Assembly (NCBI RefSeq): GCF_006345805.1
Contig: NC_043005.1
Location: 48,608,001 to 48,672,000, forward strand
Direction: 5' to 3'
DNA from: Octopus sinensis
Lineage: Eukaryota
DNA length: 64,000 bases
Shown: positions 14,150 through 26,185 of the stretch, in pieces
Numbering within the stretch: position 1 is the first letter of the stretch
Layout of the letters: every line of letters begins with the position of its first letter
Made by a program: the position numbers and the translations under genes
Notes under the pieces: generated by a model
Told to the model about the DNA's origin: nothing
What the model saw: the letters and a program-made list of their open reading frames with translations, nothing else
Databases searched by the model: none

Positions 14150-15650
14150 TTTAAATGCCCCGAATATCTGTTCCTTTTAATCCGGCCCTCTTTGAACACA
14201 CTCTACCTTTGTTATACGCAAATGGAACCTTCCAGTTCCCAGTTTCTTCGTCCTTAACACACAACGTAGATTATTTGCATGCCCCTGCTCTCGCTCTCTT
14301 TGTCGAAAACTTCCTCACCCTAAACAAAAATCTAGCTAATCCTTCCATAGCACCGACTATTTCATCTGTACCTCGGCAATCACCAGCATAAAATTCCAAA
14401 TCGTTTTATATTACATTGGGAAAGCTGATCTACATTTTGCTGAACGTTTTAGAGACACTTGTCGCACGTTGGGCACAACAGTATTGGCTTACTCAGGCAT
14501 ATAACCTGTCGCCTCAATTCTTCAGAGCATACTTACCTGCATCTCTCCAGTTGCAGTATTGTACACAACAGGGAGCACCCGTTCCCCGAGTACGCCGTGA
14601 ACAACAATAAATATTTCGGTTAACGATAAACTAGCTCAGCTAGTTATTTTATAATCGAGCTGACTTCCTTAAAGAACACTACATTCCCATCCCTGAAAAC
14701 AACGATAAACGCCCTCACTTACATTTCAACTGCCACCCACCTTCACAGAATCTCGCGCAAAGTGCACTGTCATTCTAACACACAGACACACACACACACA
14801 CACACTAATCATTTACCACTACTCGAATATGTTCACACCACTACTTACACAACAGCACACCGCATCCACATATATACACACATTCACATAATACGCACAC
14901 TCACATATATATACACACATTCACACAATCTAACATATACTTTGCGACTTACATACTCTGCTTACGCCCTTCGTGCCCTACACGCTATTATTACACCGTC
15001 TTACACTGTATCATATCACTTCCACAGCACATCTATTCTCCAAAGCACATCTATTCTCTAGAGCTCATATACACACACACACACACAGTCACAAATATGT
15101 TATTCTGTTTTGTTCACACCACCCACACATAACACACAATATCAACATCGATTCTAAAGAGTGCACACACACACACAATACACACACACACACAACACTC
15201 ACACACATACATACTACTCTTCTTTGTTCAAACCACCTCATACAGGAGCATACCACACCTATATCCATTTCCCATGATACACACACACACACAAACTCAC
15301 AGATATGTACACACATACACATACATATACACACACGTACACAACACACACGCGCATACGCTCGAGCAACATGGTCAAATATACTTTCTATTTACTCAAC
15401 ACACATTAGCTGACAATTAATTGCACATTTCCACCCCTGCCTAGCTTATGACTTTCAGCCATCGGTCTGTTGGCGGCAAACTACCGTTCTACACACTTCG
15501 GCTGATCCATTTCCATTTTACTATTCACCATGCTGCTTTACCGAAATCAACAATTCTGTTGTTCAATCAACATTGATTTCCTTTCTTCGCGTCTTTTTTT
15601 TTTTTTTCTTGACGATGAACCATTGTCTGAAACGTTAAGTTCTCATTTCT
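14150..15650 (+). mobile_element. Penelope-like retroelement remnant (GIY-YIG endonuclease C-terminus, CA-rich 3' region, degenerate terminal motif)
   Basis: Broken frames read SFHSTDYFICTSA...LYYIGKADLHFAERFRD and RVRREQQ*IFRL, resembling PLE 'FTCTS..IYCI..YIGET.R..ERF.EH...RREQ.LIFRL'; TGACGA..GAAACGTTAAG at 15610-15639. Family assignment is from recalled motifs. Confidence 0.7.
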
Positions 15651-16028
15651 TCCTTCTCACACATCACAATTACATTGACTTTTTAACACTGCCTTTATTG
15701 TTCTGTATTTTTTTAACTAGTTTACTTTTTAGGCTAGAGATCGTAGTTCTTGAATATTCCATTAACCGATTTTCATAACCACGCACCTAGGAAGAAATAC
15801 ATTCAAACACATTTAAATAAGACCGAGTTCGACATTGCTTTTCTTCTTCTCTCAAAGTTGTACATAGTGAAATGATGTAATCCACGATATTCCTTCCCTG
15901 AGTTATTAATGGAGACTTCTTAGAAATAGCAGCTAAATTGCAGAAATTCACAATTTAGCTGTCTTTTTCAAAAAAAAAATGAAAGAGGGAATGTTGTCCA
16001 AGATACATTATAATTGAATAAGCAAATA

Positions 16029-16931
16029 TACAAGGTCTGATCAATAAGTATCCGGATTGATGCCATAGTAACGAAGCTGAAGCATGCAGAGTGAAGCCGC
16101 TTGGTAAAGATTGACCTTAAACTCTGCTGTGCATGCATAATAAGCTTCAATGTTCTAGCTGACTTCCGCTGTTTACAGCAGTACTTGGCAAGAAGGTGTG
16201 TAGCATGTGATCGTCGCATTGACCTTGACAGAGAAAGTTGCCATGGCGACAGCTGCACACAAAGACCCACGCAAATTTGCAGAAAGTGTATGGAGAAAGA
16301 GTGCATGAGCCGCACACAAGTGTACGAGCGGTTCAGATGTTTCCAAGATAGATAAAAAATGTCGATATTGACGACGGTTCTGGGAGACCCGCAACCAGCA
16401 GAACTGAGAAAAACATCTCAGATGTGCATGCAGCTGTGAGGGGAAATTGTCGAATCATCATCCATCAGTTATCAGAGGATGTGCAGTGTAGTTACAGTTC
16501 AGTTCAGTCCATTATCACTGAAGATTTGAGTATGAGACGCGTGTCTGCCAAGTTTGGGCCAAAACTGCCTTCAACTGACCAAGAAGACATTCGGGTTTCA
16601 GTTACATAAGATCTCCTTGATTGTGTCGAGAACGATGAAAACTTTTTGAAAACTTTGCGTAGGCCTCTGAGCAGATATCGTCAAGCTTTTGGCAAAATTT
16701 GATGCAGATTCCTTGCTCAGTTTCTTCTGTCGTGGTCGTACGACGATCACACGCTACACACCTTCCTTCAAAAGCATTGCTGTAACCAACAGAAGTGAGC
16801 TAAAACGTTAAAACTTAGTGCACATACACAACAGAGTTTAAGATCAATTTGTACCAAGCGGCTTCACTTTGCATGCTTTAGCTTTGTTACTATGAAAACA
16901 GTCCGGATACTTATTGCTCAAACCACTTATA
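16029..16931 (+). mobile_element. Mariner-derived fold-back element (two 5' ends in inverted orientation, no catalytic DDD domain)
   Basis: Termini TACAAGGTCTGATCAATAAGTATCCGGA / TCCGGATACTTATTGCTCAAACCACTTATA. Left arm encodes a broken N-terminal HTH (LQKVYGEECMSRTQVYE..GRPATSRTEKNI..VQSIITEDLSMRRVSAKF..DENFLKT); right arm is the reverse complement of about the first 280 bp of the element. Confidence 0.88.
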
Positions 16932-17017
16932 TGCCGGTGCAGATCAAGGCTGGGACGCATTTGATCATTGATCTGCTCGATCAAGACTGTTCTGGTGCTA
17001 AACAATTTCAATGACAA

Positions 17018-17228
17018 CATTGGTTTCAAATTATGACACAATGCCAGTAGTTTAGAGGGCGGGGTAAGTCAATTGCATCAACCACCCAGTATTCAGCTGG
17101 TACTTGTCTCCATCGACCCCGAAAAGATAAAAGGCAAAGTCAAGCTTAGCGGACTTTGAACTCAGAACATAAAGACTGGCGCTCAAAATTTTGTCTGCCG
17201 TGTTAACGATTCTGGCAGCTCGCCACCT
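17018..17228 (-). mobile_element. SINE family B copy (variant 3' end)
   Basis: GGTGGCGAGCTGCCAGAATCGTT head; GCCTTTTATCTTTTCGGGGTCGAT core. Confidence 0.85.
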
Positions 17229-17593
17229 TAAATTGCAATAAGAACATCAACAACAAATTCATTGTCTTGTGTACCTGAATAAATATTTAATTACATCCCA
17301 TTATGTCTCAGAGCTCACACCCTGCTGTGTTTCACCTCCACGTCGTGGGGTGATAAATTTATAAATACACATACCAATAATGTACTGTGACTGGATTTTA
17401 AAATTATACTCCATTAACGTTTTTTGGTTGTTTTTCGGTTTTGTGTTAATTTGAGACGTGCTTGCATTTTTGTATTTTCTGGGTTCTAATTCACTTATCG
17501 TCGATATTTTCTTTAATTTTTCCAGGAGCCTGTAGAATTAGTACTAGTTATCTACTTCAAATTATTTATGTAAATAAGGCTATTTTAATAATC

Positions 17594-17804
17594 CTTTCTA
17601 CTATAGGTACATGGCCTGAAATTTGGAGCAAGGGTGTTAGTCGATTACATTGACCCCGGTACTTAGCTGGCACTTATTTTATCGGCCCCGAAAGGATAAA
17701 AGGCAAAGTCGACCTCGGTTGAATTTGAACTCAGGATGTAAGGACGGACGAAATATCGCTAAGCATTTTGCCCGGCGTGCTAACAGTTCTACCAGCTCGT
17801 CGCC
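17594..17804 (-). mobile_element. SINE family B copy (variant 3' end)
   Basis: Collinear with the other family B copies. Confidence 0.88.
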
Positions 17805-18060
17805 TGGTGCTTTATTATAATATCTTGCAAAAGCTCGAGAGCAGCAATTTGGGATGAGGAAACAGGGGATTAAATCACCTTAAGTACCTGACTGGTACAT
17901 TATTTTATTGACAAACAAGTAAGAAAGTTGGCTAAATTGATATTTAAACTTAGAAGATAACAAACCGGAACAAAAGCAGCAAAGAATTCTGAACCCGGAA
18001 TTAATAAAATGTGTAGAATGAACCAGAATACACCAAGTGCCTTACAATTCTTACAATTGT

Positions 18061-18163
<103 letters not shown>

Positions 18164-18265
18164 CCCTCTTATTCTTTCCACCCTTCTCCATATACCATGT
18201 AAAGCGTGACTGGAGAAATCAACCAACCAACATTTATCTATTATTACATATCTTTATCTTTTGTC

Positions 18266-18440
18266 CTTTACTTTTTTCAGCCATTTATTCTTTCTGAAGC
18301 GTAGTACTTGTTCTATCGGTCTCATTTGCCGAGCCGCTAGGTTTCGAGGACACAAACACACCAACACCGGCTCTGAAGCGGGTGGTGGGGGACAAATACA
18401 TACAGAAAGACACACTCACAAACACACACACACACACACT

Positions 18441-18478
<38 letters not shown>

Positions 18479-18690
18479 CACGCACGCACACATATATATA
18501 TATATTATATATATATATATATATATATGTATATACGACAGGCCTCTTTTAGTTTCCGTCTACCAAATCCACTCACAAGGCTTCGATCGGCCCGAGGCTA
18601 TAGTAGAACACACTTGTATCACGCAGTAAGACTGAACTCGGAACCATGTGCTTGGAAAGCCATCTTCTTACCACACAGCACGCTTGCACC
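18266..18690 (-). mobile_element. SINE family A copy, tail partly deleted
   Basis: Collinear match to family A. Confidence 0.85.
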
Positions 18691-19061
18691 TCTAGTAAAT
18701 TAATGATATAATATTCTAAGTTGCTCATTAACCAACAAGAAAATGGAGATAAGATTTAAGGATTGGCGTCAGGTTCTATAATTAAGGGCAGGGATTCTGA
18801 TTTAGAGTTAGGATTAAGGTCAGATTTAAGATTCAGGAATGGGATTGTGGGTTAGGGGTTAGGGTTAATAGTTTTGTTAAACTATTACCAGTTCGGTATA
18901 TTCCTCAATTGTAGAGACAAATTGCCATATTTTTGTGACGTTTTACCTAATTCGCCATGATAGAAAAGATCTATAATAAAAGACATTCTAATGATGACCA
19001 ACCCGTCTTTCAGTCAGACATTGTGTCATCTATGACTACTTAACCATAACTACACTGAAGT

Positions 19062-19280
19062 TGCGGCGAGCTGGCAGAAACGTTAAGACGCCTGCCGAAA
19101 TGCTTAGCGGTATTTCGTCTGAGTTCAAATTCCGTCGAGGTCGACTTCGCCTTTCCTTTTGGGGTCGATTAAATAAGTACCAGTTACACACTGGGGTCGA
19201 TATAATCGACTTAATTCGTTTGACTGTCCTTGTTTGTCCTCTCTGTGTTTAGCTCCTTGTGGGTAGTAAAGAAATAGGTA
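19062..19280 (+). mobile_element. SINE family B copy
   Basis: GCGGCGAGCTGGCAGAAACGTT to GTGGGTAGTAAAGAAATAGG. Confidence 0.92.
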
Positions 19281-19601
19281 TGATGTACCAATGTTGCTGC
19301 TGTTACCAGTCAGTTCTAGCCATATTCAAACAGACCTATTATCAAACTGAAATGCCCAAACTGAAATGATCTCACCCAACCCTATTTTTACTTAGTTATT
19401 TTAAGGTTTATGCACTTTTATATATAAACGATGGATGAACGTATCTACGATTACGTTATCCAATGCCCTTCTATAATTTCTAAAGAATTTATAATTATTT
19501 TTTTCAATATTTCTGGATCTGTAACTTAACTTTTCCTGTTTGGCTTAAGACGATATCTCAAAAACATACACAGTGTACGTATGTAGATGCTTATATATGA
19601 G

Positions 19602-20011
19602 TCTCTTTATTGCCCTCAAGGGGCTAAACATAGAGGAAACAAACAAGGACAGACACAGGGATTAAGTCGATTACATCGACCCCAGTACGCAACTGGTACT
19701 TGTTTAATCGACCCCGAAAGGATGAAAGGCAAAGTCGACCTCGGCGGAATTTGAACTCAGAACGTAAGGACAGACAAAATACCTATTTCTTTACTACCCA
19801 CAAGGGGCTAAACACAGAGAGGACAAACAAGCACAGACAAACGGATTAACTCGATTATATCGACCCAGTGCGTAACTGGCACTTATTTAATCGACCCGAA
19901 GGATGAAAGGCAAAGTAGACCTCGGTGGAATTTGAACTCAGAACGTAGCGGCAGGCGAAATACCGCTAAGCATTTCGCCCGGAGTGCTAACGTTTCTGCC
20001 AGCTCGCCGCC
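19602..20011 (-). mobile_element. SINE family B head-to-tail dimer
   Basis: Two units; on the minus strand the junction reads AAAGAAATAGG|TATTTTGTCTG at about 19781. Confidence 0.93.
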
Positions 20012-20760
20012 TTCAAGATGCTCATATATGTGCATGCATGATCACATGAATGACAGAAAGAGAGAGAGGGGGGGGAAGAAAAATAGAGAGAAACAAGCAC
20101 AGACAGACAGTGTATATTGCTTTTTGTTGTTGCTTTTATATAGTAAATTGAAGGTTTTTGCGTTCTTGATATTTCGGCTATACCGCACTTCACCGGGCTT
20201 TGCACGTCAGTGAAAAACAAATATAGATCTCTTTATTATCCCGCTGACGGAGGTTTTTAGTTATCATAGACTTCAGTGGGCATATATCAGCAGCCAGAAA
20301 TACACTATGTCGAGACACTGGAGTATACTACATATGTATTTACTTCAATAAGTGGCTTAATCTTCACATTGGTTGCAATTTTATATTAATGCATGTATCA
20401 TCGCTCAAAGCCGGATTCCTTTCATTGTTCTTGAACCCTCTCAATAATTCGCTAATTTGCTTGAAATATTTTCTATATAACTATAACAAATATGATATGT
20501 ATAATCAATATACACATATGTATGTTTCTGTGTGTATGCGCACATTTGTGAATGCGTGAATGTGTGTACACGAGTATGTGTGTGGGCACGAGTGTGTGTG
20601 TGTGTGTGTGTACATTTGTAATGAACTGGAAAATGAGTACTCAATACTCAATACCGGAGAGTTAATTTTTTTCTATTCGTTATTAACGGCAGATGTAACA
20701 GAAATTCCATTAAAAAAATTACATCTATGCAAGTGTGCATGTATAAGAGTATATGTGTGC

Positions 20761-20793
<33 letters not shown>

Positions 20794-21499
20794 CACACAT
20801 ATATATATGTATATATGTGTGTGTATATATATATATCTATATATATATATATTTACTCACTTATACATATACATATATATATATACTCACATATACATAA
20901 TATACATATGCATGTACATATATATATATCTATATACATACATACGTACATACATACAAATATACATACATATATTATTCTTAAGCAAGAATTTTATTGA
21001 CAGCGACTTCAAAGATGGAGGGGAAATTTCCAACAGTGTTAGATATTACCAAGGAGTTATGAAGCTCGTGTTTTATAGGGTGCCATGTGGGTGGGGGTCA
21101 CAGATACATTATGAAATATTACTTCGCTTTACAAACGTCCGCAAGAATATCTCATACGATAATGGCAGCAGCGGAGCTTTTTGCATCAACACACTTCAGG
21201 TGCTATTCGAAAGAGATTTTAAAATATCTGCTATTTAAGAATCTTTATAACCAGTGAAGCGTTTATAAGCAATCCTGAACATGCTTTGTCCCTGTTGCGC
21301 ATGCGTGTATGCATTTGTACGTATGAGTGTATGTATGCATATATTTGTGTGTGTGTGTTGTGTGTTTCTGTGTGTAGACATATATATGTATTACTTTGGA
21401 TTTTGAAACGGATAAGCTACGAATAATAGCGTGTACACATGGGATTAAAAAACCCTTTGGATAGAAAAAGTCGATAGATAGACAGACAGGTAGACAGTT

Positions 21500-21775
<276 letters not shown>

Positions 21776-22233
21776 ATTTCAACTTTTAGTTTGTCGGAAG
21801 ATTAACAATTTCTTTTGACTAAAAATACAAGATTCTCTCTCCCTGTCATCTTTACCTTACGTTCTTTCTTACTTTCCCTTAACCCATATTTTTGTCATTT
21901 CTTCTCTTCTTTTCTAATTTCTCTTTCTGTTTTCCCATGGTTTTCTCCTCTTTCTTGAAAGATTCTGTAAAATTCTCGTAATGCTTAGTAGTATGACGTT
22001 ATGATACTTTCCGCATTGGACGACTTTGCTTTTTATCTTGCTGGAGTCAAGAAAGTAAATTAAATAGACGGATCAATTTATCTGTTCACGCCCTCCCACT
22101 GCATTATAGAGAACTGTCCTGCCTACGTTAAAAATAACTTACTATTATACATACATATATATATAAGAATTTTTTGCGTAATAAGATATAAAACCAAGGC
22201 CGTATAGATATTAGAGAATTTATAGATAGAAGG

Positions 22234-22283
22234 TCTTACAGCTGTTTCTAGGATATTAATCAATAATATCCCTTCATCGGAGA
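22234..22283 (-). ncRNA. Candidate minimal type I hammerhead ribozyme (Penelope-type terminal motif), U4C core variant
   Basis: Minus strand: UCU-CCGAUGA-A-GGGAUAUU(AUUGAUU)AAUAUCCU-A-GAA-ACAGCUGU-A/AGA. Stem II, palindromic helix III, GUA site and a 3-bp stem I are all visible. Confidence 0.6.
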
Positions 22284-22597
22284 TGGTGTGAGAGGAAAAA
22301 TTAAGTCATAGTTAGTTTCGATGTGATACAAAATAGAGAGTGAGGTGGAGGAAAGAAAAAAGATGTAAGATATGTATGGGTATTGAATTGTAAATCCGTT
22401 TTATAGGCATAATGATATATATGCCGTTTTGTAGGCATAATGGTATATATGCAATACCATTATGCCTATTATATATTATATTATATCATATTATGTTCTT
22501 ATAATAATATAATATAATAAGTAATAAATATTTTCTTTTCATTTATATATATATAACGTTTTTGTGCTTGTATTTTTTGTTTTCTACCTTTGATTTA

Positions 22598-22629
<32 letters not shown>

Positions 22630-22833
22630 TTATAAAATTTATGAATAAATGAAAGAATGGAGTTGAACGACAAATTAACAATTTCCTTTATTTTCGACAT
22701 ATGTTTCGAAGGCTGCATATTCCTATTGTGAAGGAATAAGGAGTACAAAAAACATTAAATTTATCCATAAAAAGATATTTCATTTTTCTACTCAAACTTA
22801 TATATATATATATATATTATATTACATATGTGT

Positions 22834-22955
<122 letters not shown>

Positions 22956-23013
22956 GTACATATATACATATGTATGTGCGTATCTGTGTGTATGAATATA
23001 TATATATATATAT

Positions 23014-23245
23014 GGTGTGGATGTGGGTTTCTTTAAAACTAAACTGGATCTCTTCTTGTCGGGAGTCCCAGATGAACCTACCTCACGACAGGAGACGCGG
23101 ATGCGGGCAGCAGCATCCAACTCCCTTGTTGATCAAGTGCCACGTATCAGAGGTGGATTCACAAATTAGTGTAGCTCATTCAGCGGTGGTGCCCCAGCAT
23201 GGCCGAGGCCTTCGGGCTAAAACATTTTTAAGGATTTAAGGATTT
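23014..23245 (+). mobile_element. CR1/L2-type LINE, 5'-truncated 3' end inserted in (TA)n
   Basis: GVDVGFFKTKLDLFLSGVPDEPTSRQETRMRAAASNSLVDQVPRIRGGFTN* (stop at 23167-23169), then a UTR with GGTGCCCCAGCATGGCC and a (TTTAAGGA)2 tail. Confidence 0.82.
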
Positions 23246-23545
23246 ATATATATACATACACTCATAATTATTTATATATATATATCTGGCTTAATATTTC
23301 CACGTGATCCCTTGGGTACAATCTGTTGCAAAAATTCGGGACTGATCTTTCAGTTTGAAGATATCTTCATCCCTTCCGCCTGGTGCCAGAATGCTCCTTT
23401 GTCTTCCTTTTGATTATATGATTAAAAGCCCGTCGTGCAGTGAGACAAGATAATATTGAACTGGCTGTTGAAAATTGATAACATGACAATGGTATGAATA
23501 AAAAAATTAATTGAACAAACAAACGAAAACCTGAATATAATAACA

Positions 23546-23925
23546 CTTTCTATTAGAGGCACAAGGCCTGATATTTCGGGTGAGGGTGCTAGTTGATTAC
23601 ATCGACCTCAATACTTACCTGGTACTTATCTTATCGACCCCCGAAAAGATGAAAGGCAAAATCCACCTCGGCGGAATTTGTATTTAGAACATAGAGACGA
23701 AGGAAATGCCGCTAAGCGTGCTGACGATTCTACCACTCTCCGAATTAAACACGAACGCAATGAATTAAAATTTTGGCACAAGGTCAGCAAATTCAGGGTT
23801 AAGTCGATTACATCGACCCCCAAGTGGTCAAAGGCAATGTCGCCCTCGGCGGAATGTCAACTCAGAACGTAATGCTACTTTAGCATTTTACCCGTCATAC
23901 TAGCGATTCTGCCAGCTCGCCCGCC
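23546..23925 (-). mobile_element. Two adjacent degenerate SINE family B copies
   Basis: Cores at 23600-23690 and 23800-23870. Confidence 0.82.
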
Positions 23926-24015
23926 TTAAAACTTAGCTTAATAATGAAGTCGATGAATGAAAGCAAAAGACTTAGTTGAGCCGTCAAATGAAACGATGGC
24001 AAACGTAAACAACAT

Positions 24016-24107
24016 TTCAAACCTTGGGCAAGTGTCTTCTCCTATAGCCTCGGGCCGACCAAAGTCTTGTGAGTGGATTTGGTAGACGGAAACTGAAAGA
24101 AGCCCGT

Positions 24108-24153
<46 letters not shown>

Positions 24154-24172
24154 CATATATATACACACACAC

Positions 24173-24206
<34 letters not shown>

Positions 24207-24582
24207 ATGTTTGTCGCCCCAACATCGCTTGAAAACCGATGCTGTTGTGTTTACGTCTCCGTAAATTAGCGGTTCGGCAAAAGAGACCGATAGAATAAGC
24301 AGTAGGCTTACAAAGAATACGTCCTGGGGTCAATTTGCTCGACTAAAGGCGGTGCTGCAGTATGGCCGCAGCCAAATGACTGAAGCAAGTAAAAGAGTAA
24401 AAGAGTAAAAGAATCTGATAACGAAAGTGCTAACCATACTAAGAAGTTTGCCGCCCACCGTCTACCTGATTTCAGTTTCAGTCCCAGTGCGTGACTCTTT
24501 GAGAAAGTGTCTTCTACTATAGCCCCAGGCCAATCAAAGCCTTGTGAGTGGATTTGGTAATTGGAAACTAAAAGAAACCCGT

Positions 24583-24616
<34 letters not shown>

Positions 24617-25089
24617 TGTGTGTGTTGGCGTTTATGCTGTGCTTATTTCCCACCATCGCTTAACAACAGGTGTTCGTTTGTTTACGTACCCATATTTTTT
24701 CGGTTCTGTAAAAGCGAGTTCATAGAATATGTACAAGACTTTAAAAAAGTACTAACTTCGATCTGTTCGACTAAATCAGTCAAGTCAGTGCTCCAGCATG
24801 GCTGCATGTCTAGTGACTGAAACAAGTGGAAGATAAAAGATATAAGCAAAATTATAAATCAATTATATTTCATGTTTGTTCGGAAAGAAACCGGATCCTT
24901 TAAATATATATATCGTTTTATATATAGGCGCAGGAGTGGCTGTGTGGTAAGTAGCTTGTTTACCAACCACATGGTTCCGGGCTCAGTCCCACTGCGTGGC
25001 ACCTTGGGCAAGTATCTTCTACTATAGCCTCGGGCCGACCAAAGCCTTGTGAGTGGATTTGGTAGACGGAAACTGAAAGAAGCCCGTCG

Positions 25090-25155
<66 letters not shown>

Positions 25156-25370
25156 TGTGTCTGTGTTTGTCCCGCTAGCATTGCTTGACAACCGATGCTG
25201 GTGTGTTTATGTCCCCGTAACTTAGCGGTTCGGCAAAAGTGACCGATAGAATAAGTACTAGGCTTCCAAAGAATAAGTCCTGGGGTCGATTTGCTCGATT
25301 AAAGGCGGTGCTCCAGCATGGCCGCAGTCAAATGATTGAAACAAGTAAAAGAGTAAAGAGTAAGAGTAAG
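24016..25370 (+). mobile_element. Three consecutive SINE family A copies (24016-24412 truncated, 24425-24847 old, 24926-25370 near consensus)
   Basis: Three CAGCATGGC tails and three GTGAGTGGATTTGGTA cores in the same orientation. Confidence 0.93.
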
Positions 25371-25803
25371 TTTATTAAGATTGTTTTGTTGCATAATAGT
25401 TCCCTCCACTTTCGATACGTCAAACCCAATCAATCCTTGTTTGTTTTCTTGCTTTTCTTGTTTTGCAAAGAATTTTCGGATAGTTTGCCGTTCCCGTTTT
25501 AAGTTTTTTTTTCGGTCGTTTTAATTCTTTGAAATCGGTGAGCTTTCAGTGTGGATTTCAACGTTGATAATAAAAGAAAACATAAAATAGCCTTAGAGCA
25601 GAAATCGGTAGTGTGGCTGAGAATGAGAATCACTTCCAGCTTTGCCAAAATGACATAGATAAAGAGGGACACGTGAGCAAGTGCGTTGTCGTGGTACAGC
25701 GAGTAGATTTCGTTCGTTCACGCTGCAGGCCTTTTCCTTCACACTGCCACTCTCAAACGCATCCCCACATCGAAGTAAAACGCTTTATTGATCGTCTGAC
25801 AAC

Positions 25804-25881
25804 ATGGAACAAACATTTGATGAACAACTGGCTATCAATAAAGAAGAAAAAAATGACCATTATCAGCACCGTTTACATTTT
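25804..25881 (+). CDS. Candidate first coding exon, unknown protein (MEQTFDEQLAINKEEKNDHYQHRLHF)
   Basis: ACAACATGG start context, CpG-rich upstream region, GTGACG donor (moderate), 97-bp intron to the next candidate exon in matching phase. Confidence 0.3.
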
Positions 25882-25978
25882 GTGACGAAGTTCTACCATA
25901 ACACAATTATTTTGTTCTTATTTTCTTTGTTATTCTTTCTTGGGTTTTTTTTGTCTTTTTCTTTGTTCAACATTGCAG

Positions 25979-26048
25979 CCGTACACTCACGTTTCCGTCG
26001 AGTTGCTGGACGTATTATTTAAGAGGGACAAATGTCAGTTCTACCTAA
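25979..26048 (+). CDS. Candidate exon (PYTHVSVELLDVLFKRDKCQFYL)
   Basis: Long pyrimidine tract and TTGCAG acceptor; GTAATG donor; phase 0 to 1. Confidence 0.35.
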
Positions 26049-26185
26049 GTAATGTCAATTCGACAATTCGAATACACACGGAAACGAGCACACATATACA
26101 TATAAACATGCATGCAAACATACCTTCATACACAAATATATACCTATGTATATCTTACACGTATACTATACTATTCTATTTTACC

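Noticed and set aside
16237-16250. GTTGCCATGGCGAC, close to an RFX X-box
   Set aside because: It lies inside the mariner arm at a deletion junction, far from any supported promoter; chance is likely.
18845-18870. GGGTTAGGGGTTAGGGTTA telomere-like repeat
   Set aside because: Only 2-3 imperfect units; not an interstitial telomere array.
20990-21238. Open frame [19 protein letters not shown]...ISAI*
   Set aside because: Weak splice signals, no recognisable motif, and length within chance expectation.
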